From assembly GCA_029258835.1 (NCBI GenBank), contig JAPDJY010000035.1, positions 64,001-128,000 on the forward strand: DNA of 64,000 bases. Direction: 5' to 3'. Position 1 is the first letter of the stretch. Each line of letters opens with the position of its first letter. Below are positions 1-10,211 of the stretch, in pieces. The position numbers were made by a program, and so were the translations under genes. Source of the stretch: Thermoproteota archaeon. GTDB lineage: Archaea; Asgardarchaeota; Jordiarchaeia; Jordiarchaeales; Freyrarchaeaceae. The notes under the pieces are model-generated. The model was not told where the DNA came from. It made no database searches and saw nothing but the letters and a program-made list of their open reading frames with translations.

Positions 1-337
1 TCAGCACTTCCGACATAATGGCTAGTACTTGCTGAAGGGTCTCCCACCTCTCAATCTCCATCTTTAGGAACGAATCAATTTTTCTTTCAAGTCTTTTAAC
101 TGCTTCCATGGCGGCTTCTGAGGAGACAACGGTGTTAGCGATCACCTTCTGAACACTTTTCACTTCAGCCATCAACAAGTTTAACGACTCCGAAAGCGAA
201 AGAGAGATTGCGTTTACATCTTCACTTAAGAGGTTTAGGCCATCCACTATCTTTTTTACACTTTCAACTGTTGGAACCTCACCAGCCGGGGTTTTTATTG
301 CATCGATTTCTATTTCAACTCTTTTCCCCTGTGACAA
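1..337 (-). CDS. Hypothetical helical/coiled-coil protein (3' end beyond window edge)
   Basis: Not in ORF track. Open frame from TTG at 337 (MSQGKRVEIEIDAIKTPAGEVPTVESVKKIVDGLNLL...) to position 1 with no stop; purine-rich RBS-like sequence upstream. Confidence 0.7.
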   Translation of the reverse strand, partial: MSQGKRVEIEIDAIKTPAGEVPTVESVKKIVDGLNLLSEDVNAISLSLSESLNLLMAEVKSVQKVIANTVVSSEAAMEAVKRLERKIDSFLKMEIERWETLQQVLAIMSEVL

Positions 338-757
338 AGAAAACAGCCATCCATCCTCTTTTCAACCAATAAACATTTACCTAAAACGGAAATTAAAAGG
401 TTTCCTTAAAAACACTTACCACTGTTCATACCTTCGCTATCTTATTCGATCTAAAAACCACCTGATAAACATGAAGAATACAACTGCAATTTAAACATTA
501 AGTAAGGATTCTCGTTCCCAAGTTCTCCATAAGGGGTTTAAAAAAGAGTTTAAAACGCCACCTAACAGGGCTACTCTTCAAAACCATGCAGGCTAAAGTG
601 AATGATCCGATCAACCAATGTAACCTCTTGTTTAAGACGAACCGTCCTCCAGCCAGCCACATCATTAGAACAATTCAGCTGAAGGTTAACCGAGTAGATT
701 ATTATACTATTTTTCCTTAGGTTTTTTAAGGCAGGATCCAATTTAGACGTTTAGAAC

Positions 758-1303
758 CTATAAAGGAAACCTTTCCAAGATTACTTCTAAGATCCTTTGT
801 GCACATTCTTCAGGATGAAGTTTATCAGACTCTACAACCACATCAGGGTTCTTGGGCTCCTCAAACGGTACACCGATGCCTGGCACGGTCTGACTTTCCC
901 CTGTTAGCCCTTTCTTGTAGATTTCCCTTGGTGCACCGTAAGTTTCCTTTCTAGTTGTTTCTCTCTCCATGCACACTTCTAGGGGGCATTTGACGTAGGC
1001 AAACAGGAGGTTTTTAATTTCTTTTCTACCACGCTCCCTGTAAGCTTCCCTGTTAGCCGTGGCATCTATTATAACGTTAACACCGTTATCGTTGAGAAGT
1101 TTTGCGATGAACACCAGAACGCCATAGACTATCTCACGCTCCTCCTCCGAGTACGTTGGGTTTGGAGTGACAACCTTCCTAAGGATATCCGTTGAAAGCA
1201 CCTGCACGTTAATACCTCTCTCCCTTAACATGGATTGAAGCGCCCTAGCGATGGTACTCTTACCCGAGCCCGGTAAACCCAGTATCCAAACGGACCATGC
1301 CAA
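758..1303 (-). CDS. Adenylylsulfate kinase-like P-loop kinase
   Basis: GLPGSGKST Walker A, YVKCPLEVC and PFEEPKNPD motifs typical of the CysC family. Confidence 0.75.
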   Translation of the reverse strand: MAWSVWILGLPGSGKSTIARALQSMLRERGINVQVLSTDILRKVVTPNPTYSEEEREIVYGVLVFIAKLLNDNGVNVIIDATANREAYRERGRKEIKNLLFAYVKCPLEVCMERETTRKETYGAPREIYKKGLTGESQTVPGIGVPFEEPKNPDVVVESDKLHPEECAQRILEVILERFPL

Positions 1304-1436
1304 GCATTTAATCCTCCATCATCTTTTAAGGCGGCGAGGAAACAAGACAAAAACTAAGTTAAAACTTTAATATTAAAAAGCTAACGTTCATAGAAGAAAG
1401 TGCGGGTTTAAAGTAGAAGCAACAGGAGGAAACGGC

Positions 1437-2327
1437 TTGAGCCTTGTTATTATAGGTGGGTCGTCGGCGCAAGCATTAGCCTTTAAAGTGGCTAAGGAGC
1501 TTAACGCACCCTTCATAGACTGTGAATACAAAAAGTTTCCTGATGGAGAAAAGTACATTCGAGTCGAGGAGGATGTTGAGGGGAAAAAGGTGGCACTCGT
1601 ACAGTCAATGTATTTAACCCCTGACGAGTACCTCCTAGAATATTTCCTCCTAGTAGACAATTTAAAGGACATGGGAGCAAGGGAGATCATAGGAGTAATA
1701 CCCTACTTCGCATATGCTAGACAAGATGCCCGATTTAAGCCAGGAGAAGCCTTAAGCCTCAAAACAATCGTAAACCTCATCGAAAAAACCGGAACAGACA
1801 AAGTTTTCACCGTAGATATGCACCTTCACCGCGTCGAAGACGTAAACAGGCTATTCAAAATCCCCGCTAAAAATTTAACAGCCATACCCCTACTAGGCGA
1901 ATACGTTAAAAAAGAATTCATCCTCCACGACACACTAGTAATAGGACCAGACGAGGAAGCCGAGCAATGGGCTAAAACCATGGCCGAAACACTTGGCACG
2001 GAATACGACATCCTCGAAAAAAAGAGGCTTAGCGCGACCGAAGTGGAGATAGCCCCCAGAGAACTCGACGTTAAAACCAGAGACTTGGTCATAGTTGACG
2101 ACATAATCTCCACAGGAGGGACATTAGCAAAAACCGTAGAGGTACTTAAAAAGAAAGGAGCAAAAAAAATAGTTGCAACATGCACCCATCCAGTACTTGT
2201 TGAAAACGCACTAAAAAGAATCTATAAAGCGGGAGGAGACGCCGTAATCGGTACAGACACCATACCTAGCCCAGTAAGCTACGTGTCCGTAGCACCCCTC
2301 ATAGCCGAAGCACTCAGAAAACTCTAG
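1437..2327 (+). CDS. prs: Ribose-phosphate pyrophosphokinase
   Basis: FPDGE, PYFAYARQD and VDDIISTGGT motifs. Confidence 0.97.
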   Translation: MSLVIIGGSSAQALAFKVAKELNAPFIDCEYKKFPDGEKYIRVEEDVEGKKVALVQSMYLTPDEYLLEYFLLVDNLKDMGAREIIGVIPYFAYARQDARFKPGEALSLKTIVNLIEKTGTDKVFTVDMHLHRVEDVNRLFKIPAKNLTAIPLLGEYVKKEFILHDTLVIGPDEEAEQWAKTMAETLGTEYDILEKKRLSATEVEIAPRELDVKTRDLVIVDDIISTGGTLAKTVEVLKKKGAKKIVATCTHPVLVENALKRIYKAGGDAVIGTDTIPSPVSYVSVAPLIAEALRKL

Positions 2328-2333
2328 GTGAGC

Positions 2334-4988
2334 CTACTTAACACTACGGCGAAGCAGAAACTTATCAATAATAGCGTCAATATTCACCGCCTTCCCGTGG
2401 TCACTCTTAGCAGGATCAACTCCGTCTTCCCCATACCTAAACTGGATGATTTCCCCAGACGGCGTCCTCACAGTTCCATCATACTCCACCTTCACATCCT
2501 GAAGCGCATTTATCAACCTCCTCTGCATATACCCGCTTGTACTGGTCCTCACAGCAGTATCCACCAGCCCTTCCCTGCCACCCATAGCATGAAAGAAAAA
2601 CTCTATCGGGTCCAACCCCTTCCGGTAACTGGAAGCCACAAACCCCCTCGACTTAGCGCTCAAGTCACCCTTCTTAAAGTGTGGGAGAGTCCTCCCCCTA
2701 TAACCTCTATGTATACGCTCACCCCTAACAGACTGCTGCCCTATGCAGGCAGCCATCATCGCAAGATTTAAGGGGTTACCCCTAGCCCCAGTCAAAGCCA
2801 TAATCACAGCATGATTATCCGAACCCAAATACTCACTTGCAACCTCGCCAGCCTTATCCCTCACATTAGCAAGCTCACGCATAATCAACATTTCAAGGCT
2901 TTCCTCAATGGTCCTCCCCGGCAACGCCTCCAATTCACCCCGCCTATACGTCTCAATCAACTCATTAACCTTACGCTCCCCCTCCTCCAAGATCTCTTTT
3001 ATCCGGTAAGTTGCCTCCTTAGGTATCTCCACGTCGTTAAGTCCCAACGTGAAACCTTTCTTCGTAATAAAACGAATCAGCATACGTGTCACCGAATCCA
3101 AAAACTCCCTCGCCGCATCAGTCCCAAACTCCTTCACAATCTTATGAAGCAAACTCTCCGGGACGCCAGCCCCAAAAGCAGCTTTATCAATCACACCCTT
3201 AATAAGAACGCCGTCGACAACTACCACATACGCATCATAGGGACACTCTTCCCCCAAGCAAGTATCACACTGCTTACACGCCTTAGACTTAAACCTTGCA
3301 TTAAGGCCCTTCGGCAAAGTCAAACTGAAGATCTGCTTACCCGTCCAGAGCTCCTCAGGCTCACTCACCGTTGGAGGAGGAAGGGAAGTTATACCTGCTG
3401 CAAGCGCCAGCTCACACGCCTCCTCCTTACTGAGGAGGGTTTGCTCTCTGGTTAAAAGATAGGCGGCAGAAATGAAGTCTTGAATCCCCCCTATAATTGG
3501 ACCACCATATCTAGGACTTAAAATATGCTCCTGAACCTTCATTAAAATATGAGCTTCAACACGCGCCTCCTCTGACTGGGGAACATGAAGATTCATCTCG
3601 TCACCATCAAAATCTGCGTTGTATGGTGGGCAAACGCAGAGGTTAAGTCTAAATGTTTTGTATGGCATTACCCGGACTTGGTGAGCCATGATGCTCATTC
3701 TGTGTAGGGAGGGTTGCCTGTTAAATAGGACTATGTCGCCGTCGTTTAGGTGGCGTTCGACTATGCTGCCTATTTCTATGGTTTCGGCTATTTTGCTCCT
3801 GTTTTTTACGAAACGTAGGTCAATGCGTCTGCCATCTGCTCGGATAATGTAGTTAGCTCCTGGGTGTTCGTCGGGTCCTCGCATTACCAGCTCTTTCATG
3901 TCTTCGATGTTTAGTTCTGTTACGCGTTCGGGTATTGTTAGGATCTTTGCGACTTCGATGGGGACGCCTACCTCGTTTATTCCGAGATTTGGGTCTGGAG
4001 ATATGACTGTTCTGGCTGAGAAGTCGACGCGTTTGCCTGAAAGGTTGCTTCTGAACCGTCCTTCTTTGCCTTTTAGTCTTTGGGTTAGTGTTCTTAGTGC
4101 TCGTCCTGAGCGGTGTCGGGCTGGTGGGATCCCTGAAATTTCATTGTCAAAGTATGTTGTTACGTGGTATTGAAGTAGTTCCCAAAGGTCTTCTACGATT
4201 AGTTGGGGGGCTCCTGCTTCTATGTTTTCTCTCAGCCGCTGATTGATCCTAATTATGTCGACGAGTTTATGTGTTAGGTCGTCTTCCGATCGGACGCCTG
4301 ATTCGAGTGTGATGCTTGGTCTAACGCATACGGGTGGGACTGGAAGGACTGTGAGGACCATCCATTCTGGGCGGGCGAAGGAGGGATTTATGCCTAGTAG
4401 TTTGCAGTCGTTGTCTGGTACGCGTTCGCATCGTTCCCTTACGTCGCTTGGGGTGAGCCTGATTGAGCCTATTTCTGTTTCTTCGTAGAATGTGGTTGGC
4501 TTTTCCAGCCTTATTTTGCGTTGGATTTCTCCGCAGTGGGGGCATGTTGATGTTCTGGATGCCCGCCGGAATACTTCTTCGGCTATTTCATCGCTCAGCC
4601 TTCCTGTTTCTTGCTCGTAGCGTTCCATTTCTGCTAGGAAGAATTCTATTTCGTCTTCAGGTAGTAGAAGGCGGGAGCAACGTCTGCAGGTGGCTCTTAA
4701 GACTTTATGGAGGACTTTGACGAAGCCTACGTGGATGACTGGACGGACGAGTTCTATATGTCCGAAGTGGCCTATGCATTCGCCGACTGGGTTGCCGCAT
4801 AGTTTGCATCGTCGTCCGGGTTCTACCGTGCCTAGACGCTCGTCCATGAGGCCTGTTTCGATCGGGGTGCCGTCTTCATCGTAGGTGTCGGGGGTGATTA
4901 TCCGCGTAGCGGACATGCGTCTTATTTCGTCTGGAGAGAGGACGCTGAATCTTATTGAACTGATTCTCTTAACAAACCGGAACGCCAA
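2334..4988 (-). CDS. rpo1N: DNA-directed RNA polymerase subunit A' (Rpo1N)
   Basis: NADFDGD catalytic motif, GHFGHIEL, GGREGLVDTAVRTSTSGYMQRRL; ends just after YGEDGVDP, as expected for split A'. Confidence 0.99.
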   Translation of the reverse strand: MAFRFVKRISSIRFSVLSPDEIRRMSATRIITPDTYDEDGTPIETGLMDERLGTVEPGRRCKLCGNPVGECIGHFGHIELVRPVIHVGFVKVLHKVLRATCRRCSRLLLPEDEIEFFLAEMERYEQETGRLSDEIAEEVFRRASRTSTCPHCGEIQRKIRLEKPTTFYEETEIGSIRLTPSDVRERCERVPDNDCKLLGINPSFARPEWMVLTVLPVPPVCVRPSITLESGVRSEDDLTHKLVDIIRINQRLRENIEAGAPQLIVEDLWELLQYHVTTYFDNEISGIPPARHRSGRALRTLTQRLKGKEGRFRSNLSGKRVDFSARTVISPDPNLGINEVGVPIEVAKILTIPERVTELNIEDMKELVMRGPDEHPGANYIIRADGRRIDLRFVKNRSKIAETIEIGSIVERHLNDGDIVLFNRQPSLHRMSIMAHQVRVMPYKTFRLNLCVCPPYNADFDGDEMNLHVPQSEEARVEAHILMKVQEHILSPRYGGPIIGGIQDFISAAYLLTREQTLLSKEEACELALAAGITSLPPPTVSEPEELWTGKQIFSLTLPKGLNARFKSKACKQCDTCLGEECPYDAYVVVVDGVLIKGVIDKAAFGAGVPESLLHKIVKEFGTDAAREFLDSVTRMLIRFITKKGFTLGLNDVEIPKEATYRIKEILEEGERKVNELIETYRRGELEALPGRTIEESLEMLIMRELANVRDKAGEVASEYLGSDNHAVIMALTGARGNPLNLAMMAACIGQQSVRGERIHRGYRGRTLPHFKKGDLSAKSRGFVASSYRKGLDPIEFFFHAMGGREGLVDTAVRTSTSGYMQRRLINALQDVKVEYDGTVRTPSGEIIQFRYGEDGVDPAKSDHGKAVNIDAIIDKFLLRRSVK

Positions 4989-5144
4989 CCTTGTACCCCC
5001 AAAATGGACAGAAGGAGGATTTCTTTTTCAATTACTACAAGTAGAGGTAATTTAAACTTTTCTTAACGGGAGGGTCTTCCTTATGTTGGTGCTTACATTG
5101 AGTTGGGTTTTTATGGTTGTTTTCGGCAGTTGGGTGGAGGAGGA

Positions 5145-6149
5145 TTAGGAGAGTTTGCTTTGAATTTTTTCGAGGGGGAGTACTTGCCTTGGTTCGTAGA
5201 CGACTATTCCTTGGGCTAGTTGCCGTAGATGTGGTATTATTTTTAGGAATTCGTCTTTGTGTATTACGGTGTTTAGGGCGTACCATCCTTCTTCCCCAGC
5301 GAGGGGGGATATGGTTGGCTTCTTCAGGGCTGGTAGGACTTTGAGTATTTTATCTAGGTTTTCGCCTTTTACGTTCATGAAGAGGTGTAGCCTTTCTCTT
5401 GCGTCGACAGCGCCTTCGATGAGAGTCATTACGTCTTTTATTTTTTCCTTTTTCCATGGGTGGGTTAGGGCGTCTTTGTTGGCTATTAGTACTGCTTGGG
5501 ATTGGCATATTTCTTCTATTACTTTTAGGTTATTGGATAGGAGGGTTGTTCCCGTTTCCGTGTTGTCGATTATGGCTTCGGCGTCCTCGGGCGGTTTGGC
5601 TTCGGTGGCTCCGAAGGACAGGATTATTTTCACGTTTGGGTTTTCTCCATACCTGTACCATGGAGTTATGACTTCGGGGAGCGTTCTATGGAAGCGTTTT
5701 TGGTATTCATGGTTTTCTAGTATGTGACGGAGTGTGATGTTTATATATTCTGTGGCAATTCGTATCGGTTTCCCTGCGTCTAAAAAGGATTTTATGAGGT
5801 CTGATAGGGAGTTTATTTGTGTCCAATGGCTTGGGACTGCTAGCACGATCTTAACTTTACCGTATGTGAGGTTTGATAGGACTTCCACGTCTGCTGATGT
5901 TTCTCTTACCCAGTCCAGTCCGGTTATTCCTATATCGTGGGCGCCCGCCTCAACGAGGTTTGGGATCTCTTGCGGTCTAAGTACTTTCAGGTTTATTTCG
6001 GGGTCGTTGATCCACGGCCGGTAGGAGCGCTCGCCTCCTTTTACTTCATAGCCAGCTTGCCTTAGGAGGCGTAACGTTGCCTCTTGCAGTGAACCTTTAG
6101 GGATTACGAAGTTTAGCTTCAAGGGGTTCACCTTTCCTAGGGCTTTCAA
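5145..6149 (-). CDS. hisG: ATP phosphoribosyltransferase (long form)
   Basis: PKGSL, RPQEIP, DIGITGLD, GATE and ETGTTL motifs; C-terminal regulatory domain (LPALKKPTISPL). Confidence 0.95.
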   Translation of the reverse strand: MKALGKVNPLKLNFVIPKGSLQEATLRLLRQAGYEVKGGERSYRPWINDPEINLKVLRPQEIPNLVEAGAHDIGITGLDWVRETSADVEVLSNLTYGKVKIVLAVPSHWTQINSLSDLIKSFLDAGKPIRIATEYINITLRHILENHEYQKRFHRTLPEVITPWYRYGENPNVKIILSFGATEAKPPEDAEAIIDNTETGTTLLSNNLKVIEEICQSQAVLIANKDALTHPWKKEKIKDVMTLIEGAVDARERLHLFMNVKGENLDKILKVLPALKKPTISPLAGEEGWYALNTVIHKDEFLKIIPHLRQLAQGIVVYEPRQVLPLEKIQSKLS

Positions 6150-6219
6150 GGGGGGGGTAGCAACGATTAAAATTTAAATGTTTGTAAAGGATAGTATGAA
6201 GTAAACGGTTTGAGGTGTT

Positions 6220-6642
6220 GTGATGTCAAAGGATAAGCTTTCGGCTTTAACCGAGATCCTAGATAATATGAACAGGCGGGGTGGCTTTTCGGCGAGTGTG
6301 ATATCCGGAGATGATGGGCTCGTGGTGGCTGAAGCTAGTAGTGCAGAGAACAAGCAGGTGATAGCAGCGATGGCTAGCTTAGCCCATTCGACGGCGATGA
6401 GGGTTAAAGACCAGATTGGGCTAGGGGACTTGGAGCAGGTTACTATTGAAACAACGGATGGGATCATCATTTTTAAAAGCGTGGAGACGCCCAGGAAGAG
6501 GTTGATATTAGCGACGATTTTACCCGTGTCTGCTAAGCGTAGGCTGGTTGATGCTGCGTCTGTACTTTTCTTTAAGGATCGACGTTACGAGCGCATAGTT
6601 GATGATGCTGTTAAGGAAATTCAGAGTGTTTTTTCCGAGTAG
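6220..6642 (+). CDS. Roadblock/LC7 domain protein
   Basis: SVISGDDGLVVA, IAAMASL and LEQVTIETTDG pattern of the Roadblock/LAMTOR2 fold. Confidence 0.85.
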   Translation: MMSKDKLSALTEILDNMNRRGGFSASVISGDDGLVVAEASSAENKQVIAAMASLAHSTAMRVKDQIGLGDLEQVTIETTDGIIIFKSVETPRKRLILATILPVSAKRRLVDAASVLFFKDRRYERIVDDAVKEIQSVFSE

Positions 6643-6827
6643 AAGACTAAAGGTTTCCTTCCTTTTTTAGGAGGAAGCTTTGCGAGGAAAGTAAATGGGA
6701 GGGGAAGTGCGTTAAAGTGTAAAAGTGTAATAATGCGTCTCCAGTATGAGGGGCTTCCATGCCCTCGTTGTTAAATTTAGAATTTAAGGTGTTCGAAGTT
6801 GAAACATTTTAGATCTAGTTTTCGTTC

Positions 6828-7844
6828 TTGAAGCATGGAATTTGCTGGGTTGGGGTGACGGATGTGGAGGGGTTTTCTCAGAGGCTTTTCGAGTTGATTG
6901 TGGATGCTTTAAGTGTTGAGAGGGGGGTAAGGGAGCTTTTAGAGGATTGCTTGTGGTTTACAGATAAGCTTGTTTCGGGTACGAGTGGCTTTGAAAGGGA
7001 GGGATACGTTGCTGTTAGGAGGGCTTTAATGCACTGGATTAAGAGCCTTAGCACCCCCTTTGATGAGAGAGGAGATTTAGAGTTTTTGGGCGAGAAAAAG
7101 GAGTGGGAAAAAGCGGTGGAGGCGTTTAGGAGGGCGGGGGATCAGAGAGGCGCGTATCGTGCTTTGTTAGTCATGACTGTTAGGAGAGGTGAAAGGTATG
7201 CCTTGGCCGGCGACTTGAACACAGCATGTAATGTAATGGCTGAAGCAGAGGAAATAGCTAAGAAAGCAGGGTTAAGTGCTAAACAGCTGATGCTTTTAAG
7301 GGCTAAACATCTCAGGCTCTTAGCGCTAAAGAAAGAAGTGGAAGGAGACTTCTTAGGTGTGGGGGAATCGTACTTAGAAATTGCACATATAATGGAAAAG
7401 TTAGGGTTGAATTGGAGGGCGGATAAGGTTGCAGCGCTCAGATTCCTGTCACGCCATGCTATGGCTGATGGGATATGGGGTAACGTGGCGAGGTACCAGA
7501 TGGAGATAAGTGAGTTAATGAGGGAGATGGGGGATGTGCAGGGAGCTATGGCTGCTGAGGCAAGGGGGCTGATGGCGATGGCGATTGACGCCGAAGGGAA
7601 AGGGCAGTGGGTTAGGGCGGGGGAGTGCCATAAAAGGGCCGAGGAGGTTTTATGTAAAATGGGAAGTAGGATAAATGCGCTTTATGCCAGGTTGAACGCA
7701 TACGTGTGCTTTAGTAAGGGAAAAGGTGAAAGGCCTCCTTGGATGGACGAGGCTGAAGAGCTCATTAGAAGGGCTAAACGTGAGGAGGATGTAAGGGTGC
7801 TTGAGAGGGAAGTGAAAAGATTGCTTAGAGAGATTGAAGGGTGA
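6828..7844 (+). CDS. Helical-repeat (TPR/SNAP-like) protein
   Basis: Repeated ~38-40 aa Ala-rich helical units (GDLNTACNVMAEA, GDFLGVGESYLEIA, GIWGNVARYQMEIS, GQWVRAGECHKRA); start codon uncertain. Confidence 0.55.
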   Translation: MKHGICWVGVTDVEGFSQRLFELIVDALSVERGVRELLEDCLWFTDKLVSGTSGFEREGYVAVRRALMHWIKSLSTPFDERGDLEFLGEKKEWEKAVEAFRRAGDQRGAYRALLVMTVRRGERYALAGDLNTACNVMAEAEEIAKKAGLSAKQLMLLRAKHLRLLALKKEVEGDFLGVGESYLEIAHIMEKLGLNWRADKVAALRFLSRHAMADGIWGNVARYQMEISELMREMGDVQGAMAAEARGLMAMAIDAEGKGQWVRAGECHKRAEEVLCKMGSRINALYARLNAYVCFSKGKGERPPWMDEAEELIRRAKREEDVRVLEREVKRLLREIEG

Positions 7845-8496
7845 TTAAGCCGGAGCGGAAGAGCCTACGATATTTTTCAAGAAGAAGGGCGGTCCTTGGC
7901 CCTGCCTTGACGTTTTCTACTGACAGGAGATCCTGTGGGTAATCTATGTCCGTTTTGATCCTTGGGGAAGCATATGTTTCCACGTGTACACCTTTAGCTC
8001 TTGCCCTAAGGATGTGCCTTTTGAAGCTGTCTTCTCCAAAGTCGGGAAGAATGGCTGTGGGAGGCTTTAAAAGCAAGGCATTTGTCCCTCCGCTTTTAGA
8101 TTCGGCAAGAACCACAACCTCTTCCTCGTTTTCGCCTTTTTCAATTATGGCGTTAATGTCGCTTACTTCTATGAAGGGTATGTCAGCTGGGAGTACAAGA
8201 ACTGCTTTGGCCCCTAATTTAATACAGAGGAGGATGCCATGTGCAATGGCATTGTTTAAACTATGGGGGGGAGGCTCAACGATTACGTTGATCTTTTTAA
8301 ATGGAAGCGTGAGGTCACGGTCTGGTGTAACTACGTGGATTCCATCAAAGGATCCGGTAGCCACTGCCACATCGATCACGTCTAGTAACATTGCAAGGCT
8401 CAGCTTCTGTCTTTCAGGATGGGGCAGAGAAGGGGAGAGCCTAGACTTTGCCTTTCCTACGCCCTTAAAAGGGATGATTAAGTGAAGGTTCTTCAT
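7825..8496 (-). CDS. cofC: 2-phospho-L-lactate/PEP guanylyltransferase
   Basis: IIPFK..AKSRLS, LPADIP, GGTNAL, FGEDSF..H and DIDYPQDL motifs; in the cof operon. Confidence 0.93.
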   Translation of the reverse strand: MKNLHLIIPFKGVGKAKSRLSPSLPHPERQKLSLAMLLDVIDVAVATGSFDGIHVVTPDRDLTLPFKKINVIVEPPPHSLNNAIAHGILLCIKLGAKAVLVLPADIPFIEVSDINAIIEKGENEEEVVVLAESKSGGTNALLLKPPTAILPDFGEDSFKRHILRARAKGVHVETYASPRIKTDIDYPQDLLSVENVKAGPRTALLLEKYRRLFRSGLITLQSL

Positions 8497-8508
8497 TTAA
8501 ATCCACCA

Positions 8509-9282
8509 TTAATTGCTGAGAGCTTCCTCCACTTTAAGTGCAATACGGCCGACGAGTGTTGGGTCGTGGATTGCCGCGCGGGCAATAGACACGGCATCAG
8601 CCCCGGAATTTAGCATTCTAATTGCACTTTCGAAGTCTCGGACTGAATTGTTTCCAATAAGGAAGACATCTACGTTTTCGGATAGCTTCCTTATTAGCCT
8701 TAAGTCTCCGCATGCTTCTCCGGGTTTCATTGCGTCGATGTGAATTGCGTCGACCCCAGCAGCCTCCGCTATTTTGGCCACATGCAAGTCGTCTACGACG
8801 TTTCCTCTCCACTTCAAGATCACGTTGAGGTTAAATGAGTCCTTTAAATGTTTAATCCATTCTGACAGCTCGTCCAGTCTTCCTAGGAGGGCTTGCCCAG
8901 CACCTACGGATAGCATTTCAGGCTGGCGGCAATGCGCGTTTATTTCTAAAACTGTGGCTCCACTTTGCGACACGGATTCGCCGGCAAAAATGATGCCTTT
9001 CATGGTCGCTGCCCTAACATTGACGGCGACAGGGGTTCCATTTATCGATGCTTTCCTTACTTCTCCTTTTAAATAGTCAGTAAGAAAGTGAAGGTCTATC
9101 TCAAACTCCCTTCGTCCTCTTTGACTTATTTTCCTGCTGGCAGTAAGGGTTTCCATGTCGAAGTTTAGCCCACCTAATGTGACCATGCCCGCTCCTGCCT
9201 TAGATGCTTTTGAGCAAAAATCGCCATTACAGATTCCAGCCATAGCTGCTAGAATTACGCGACTTCTTAATTTAAGCTTCAT
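8509..9282 (-). CDS. MJ0144-type Dus-like FMN TIM-barrel protein
   Basis: LAAMAGI, EINAHCRQPEM, IHIDAM, IGNNSV and VSIARA motifs. Confidence 0.85.
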   Translation of the reverse strand: MKLKLRSRVILAAMAGICNGDFCSKASKAGAGMVTLGGLNFDMETLTASRKISQRGRREFEIDLHFLTDYLKGEVRKASINGTPVAVNVRAATMKGIIFAGESVSQSGATVLEINAHCRQPEMLSVGAGQALLGRLDELSEWIKHLKDSFNLNVILKWRGNVVDDLHVAKIAEAAGVDAIHIDAMKPGEACGDLRLIRKLSENVDVFLIGNNSVRDFESAIRMLNSGADAVSIARAAIHDPTLVGRIALKVEEALSN

Positions 9283-10211
9283 CGTATCAGCCCCATAATT
9301 TCTGATGCCAAACGTATCGTGTCTTCACGGGTTACCATTAAAGTGTCCGTTACGTAGGTTGCAATACCGATGGAATTTACTGCTTTTTTGAGTGGTGCGT
9401 CTCGTTTATCAAAGACCAACGTGTCTATTAAGTTTTTATAAAAGAGAGCAACGCCGAAAGGTGATACTTCCATCTTAAGACCGCGCATTAGCTTAGCTGC
9501 TGGGCCACTCACAGCCTGTCCGCCGACTATTGGGCTGACAGCGATCTTCTTACAGTTGAGCCTTCTAATGGTGTCTTTTATTCCTCGCACTGCTAATATT
9601 GGCCCTATGCTTGTGATAGGGTTGCTGGGGCCAAATATGATTGCATCCGATGAAGTTAATGTTTCAATCACTTCGGGAGGGGGGTTAGCTTTCTCTGCGC
9701 CTCGATATTCGATGCCAAACACATCCGGCTCTCCCCGGTGCTTAACCCAGAACTCTTGAAAGGAAATAACCCCTAAGTCGGTTCTTACGTAGGTTTGAAC
9801 GCGATCATCGCTCATGGGTAGAACTCTTGCCTTAACGCCTAGCTGCTTACAAATTAGTTTTGTAATGGTAGACAAGGTCATTCCCTTCCTAAGAAGGAAA
9901 GTCCTCAAGATGTGGGTTGCTAGGTCACGGTCGCCTAAAGAGAACCATGTTTCTAATCCGTATTTTTCCATCATTTCGAGACAGTTGAAAGTGTCGCCTT
10001 TTATCCCCCAAAACTTTTCTTTGTCAAGTAAACCTGCTATTAGATAAACTGTGCTGTCTAGGTCCGGACTTATGTGGAGGCCGTGGAATTCTATGTCGTC
10101 GCCCGTGTTTACTATAATTGCAATTTCGTCTTGCGGGAGGATTTCGAGGAAACCTTCCAGGAGCTTTAATCCGCCTGTTCCCCCTGTAAGGAGAGAGATC
10201 AACTTGATCAC
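9279..10211 (-). CDS. cofD: 2-phospho-L-lactate transferase
   Basis: GGTGGLKL, NTGDD, SPDLD, LGDRDLATH, GPSNPITSIGPIL and SGPAAKLM motifs. Confidence 0.96.
   Translation of the reverse strand: MIKLISLLTGGTGGLKLLEGFLEILPQDEIAIIVNTGDDIEFHGLHISPDLDSTVYLIAGLLDKEKFWGIKGDTFNCLEMMEKYGLETWFSLGDRDLATHILRTFLLRKGMTLSTITKLICKQLGVKARVLPMSDDRVQTYVRTDLGVISFQEFWVKHRGEPDVFGIEYRGAEKANPPPEVIETLTSSDAIIFGPSNPITSIGPILAVRGIKDTIRRLNCKKIAVSPIVGGQAVSGPAAKLMRGLKMEVSPFGVALFYKNLIDTLVFDKRDAPLKKAVNSIGIATYVTDTLMVTREDTIRLASEIMGLIR

Noticed and set aside
338-757. Possible ncRNA or origin in the 420-bp intergenic gap
   Set aside because: No complete C/D box set, tRNA fold, repeat array or ORB-like repeats recognised.
2328-5727. 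Many antisense and alternate-frame ORFs over rpo1N and hisG
   Set aside because: Shadow ORFs favoured by the local compositional skew; no protein motifs.
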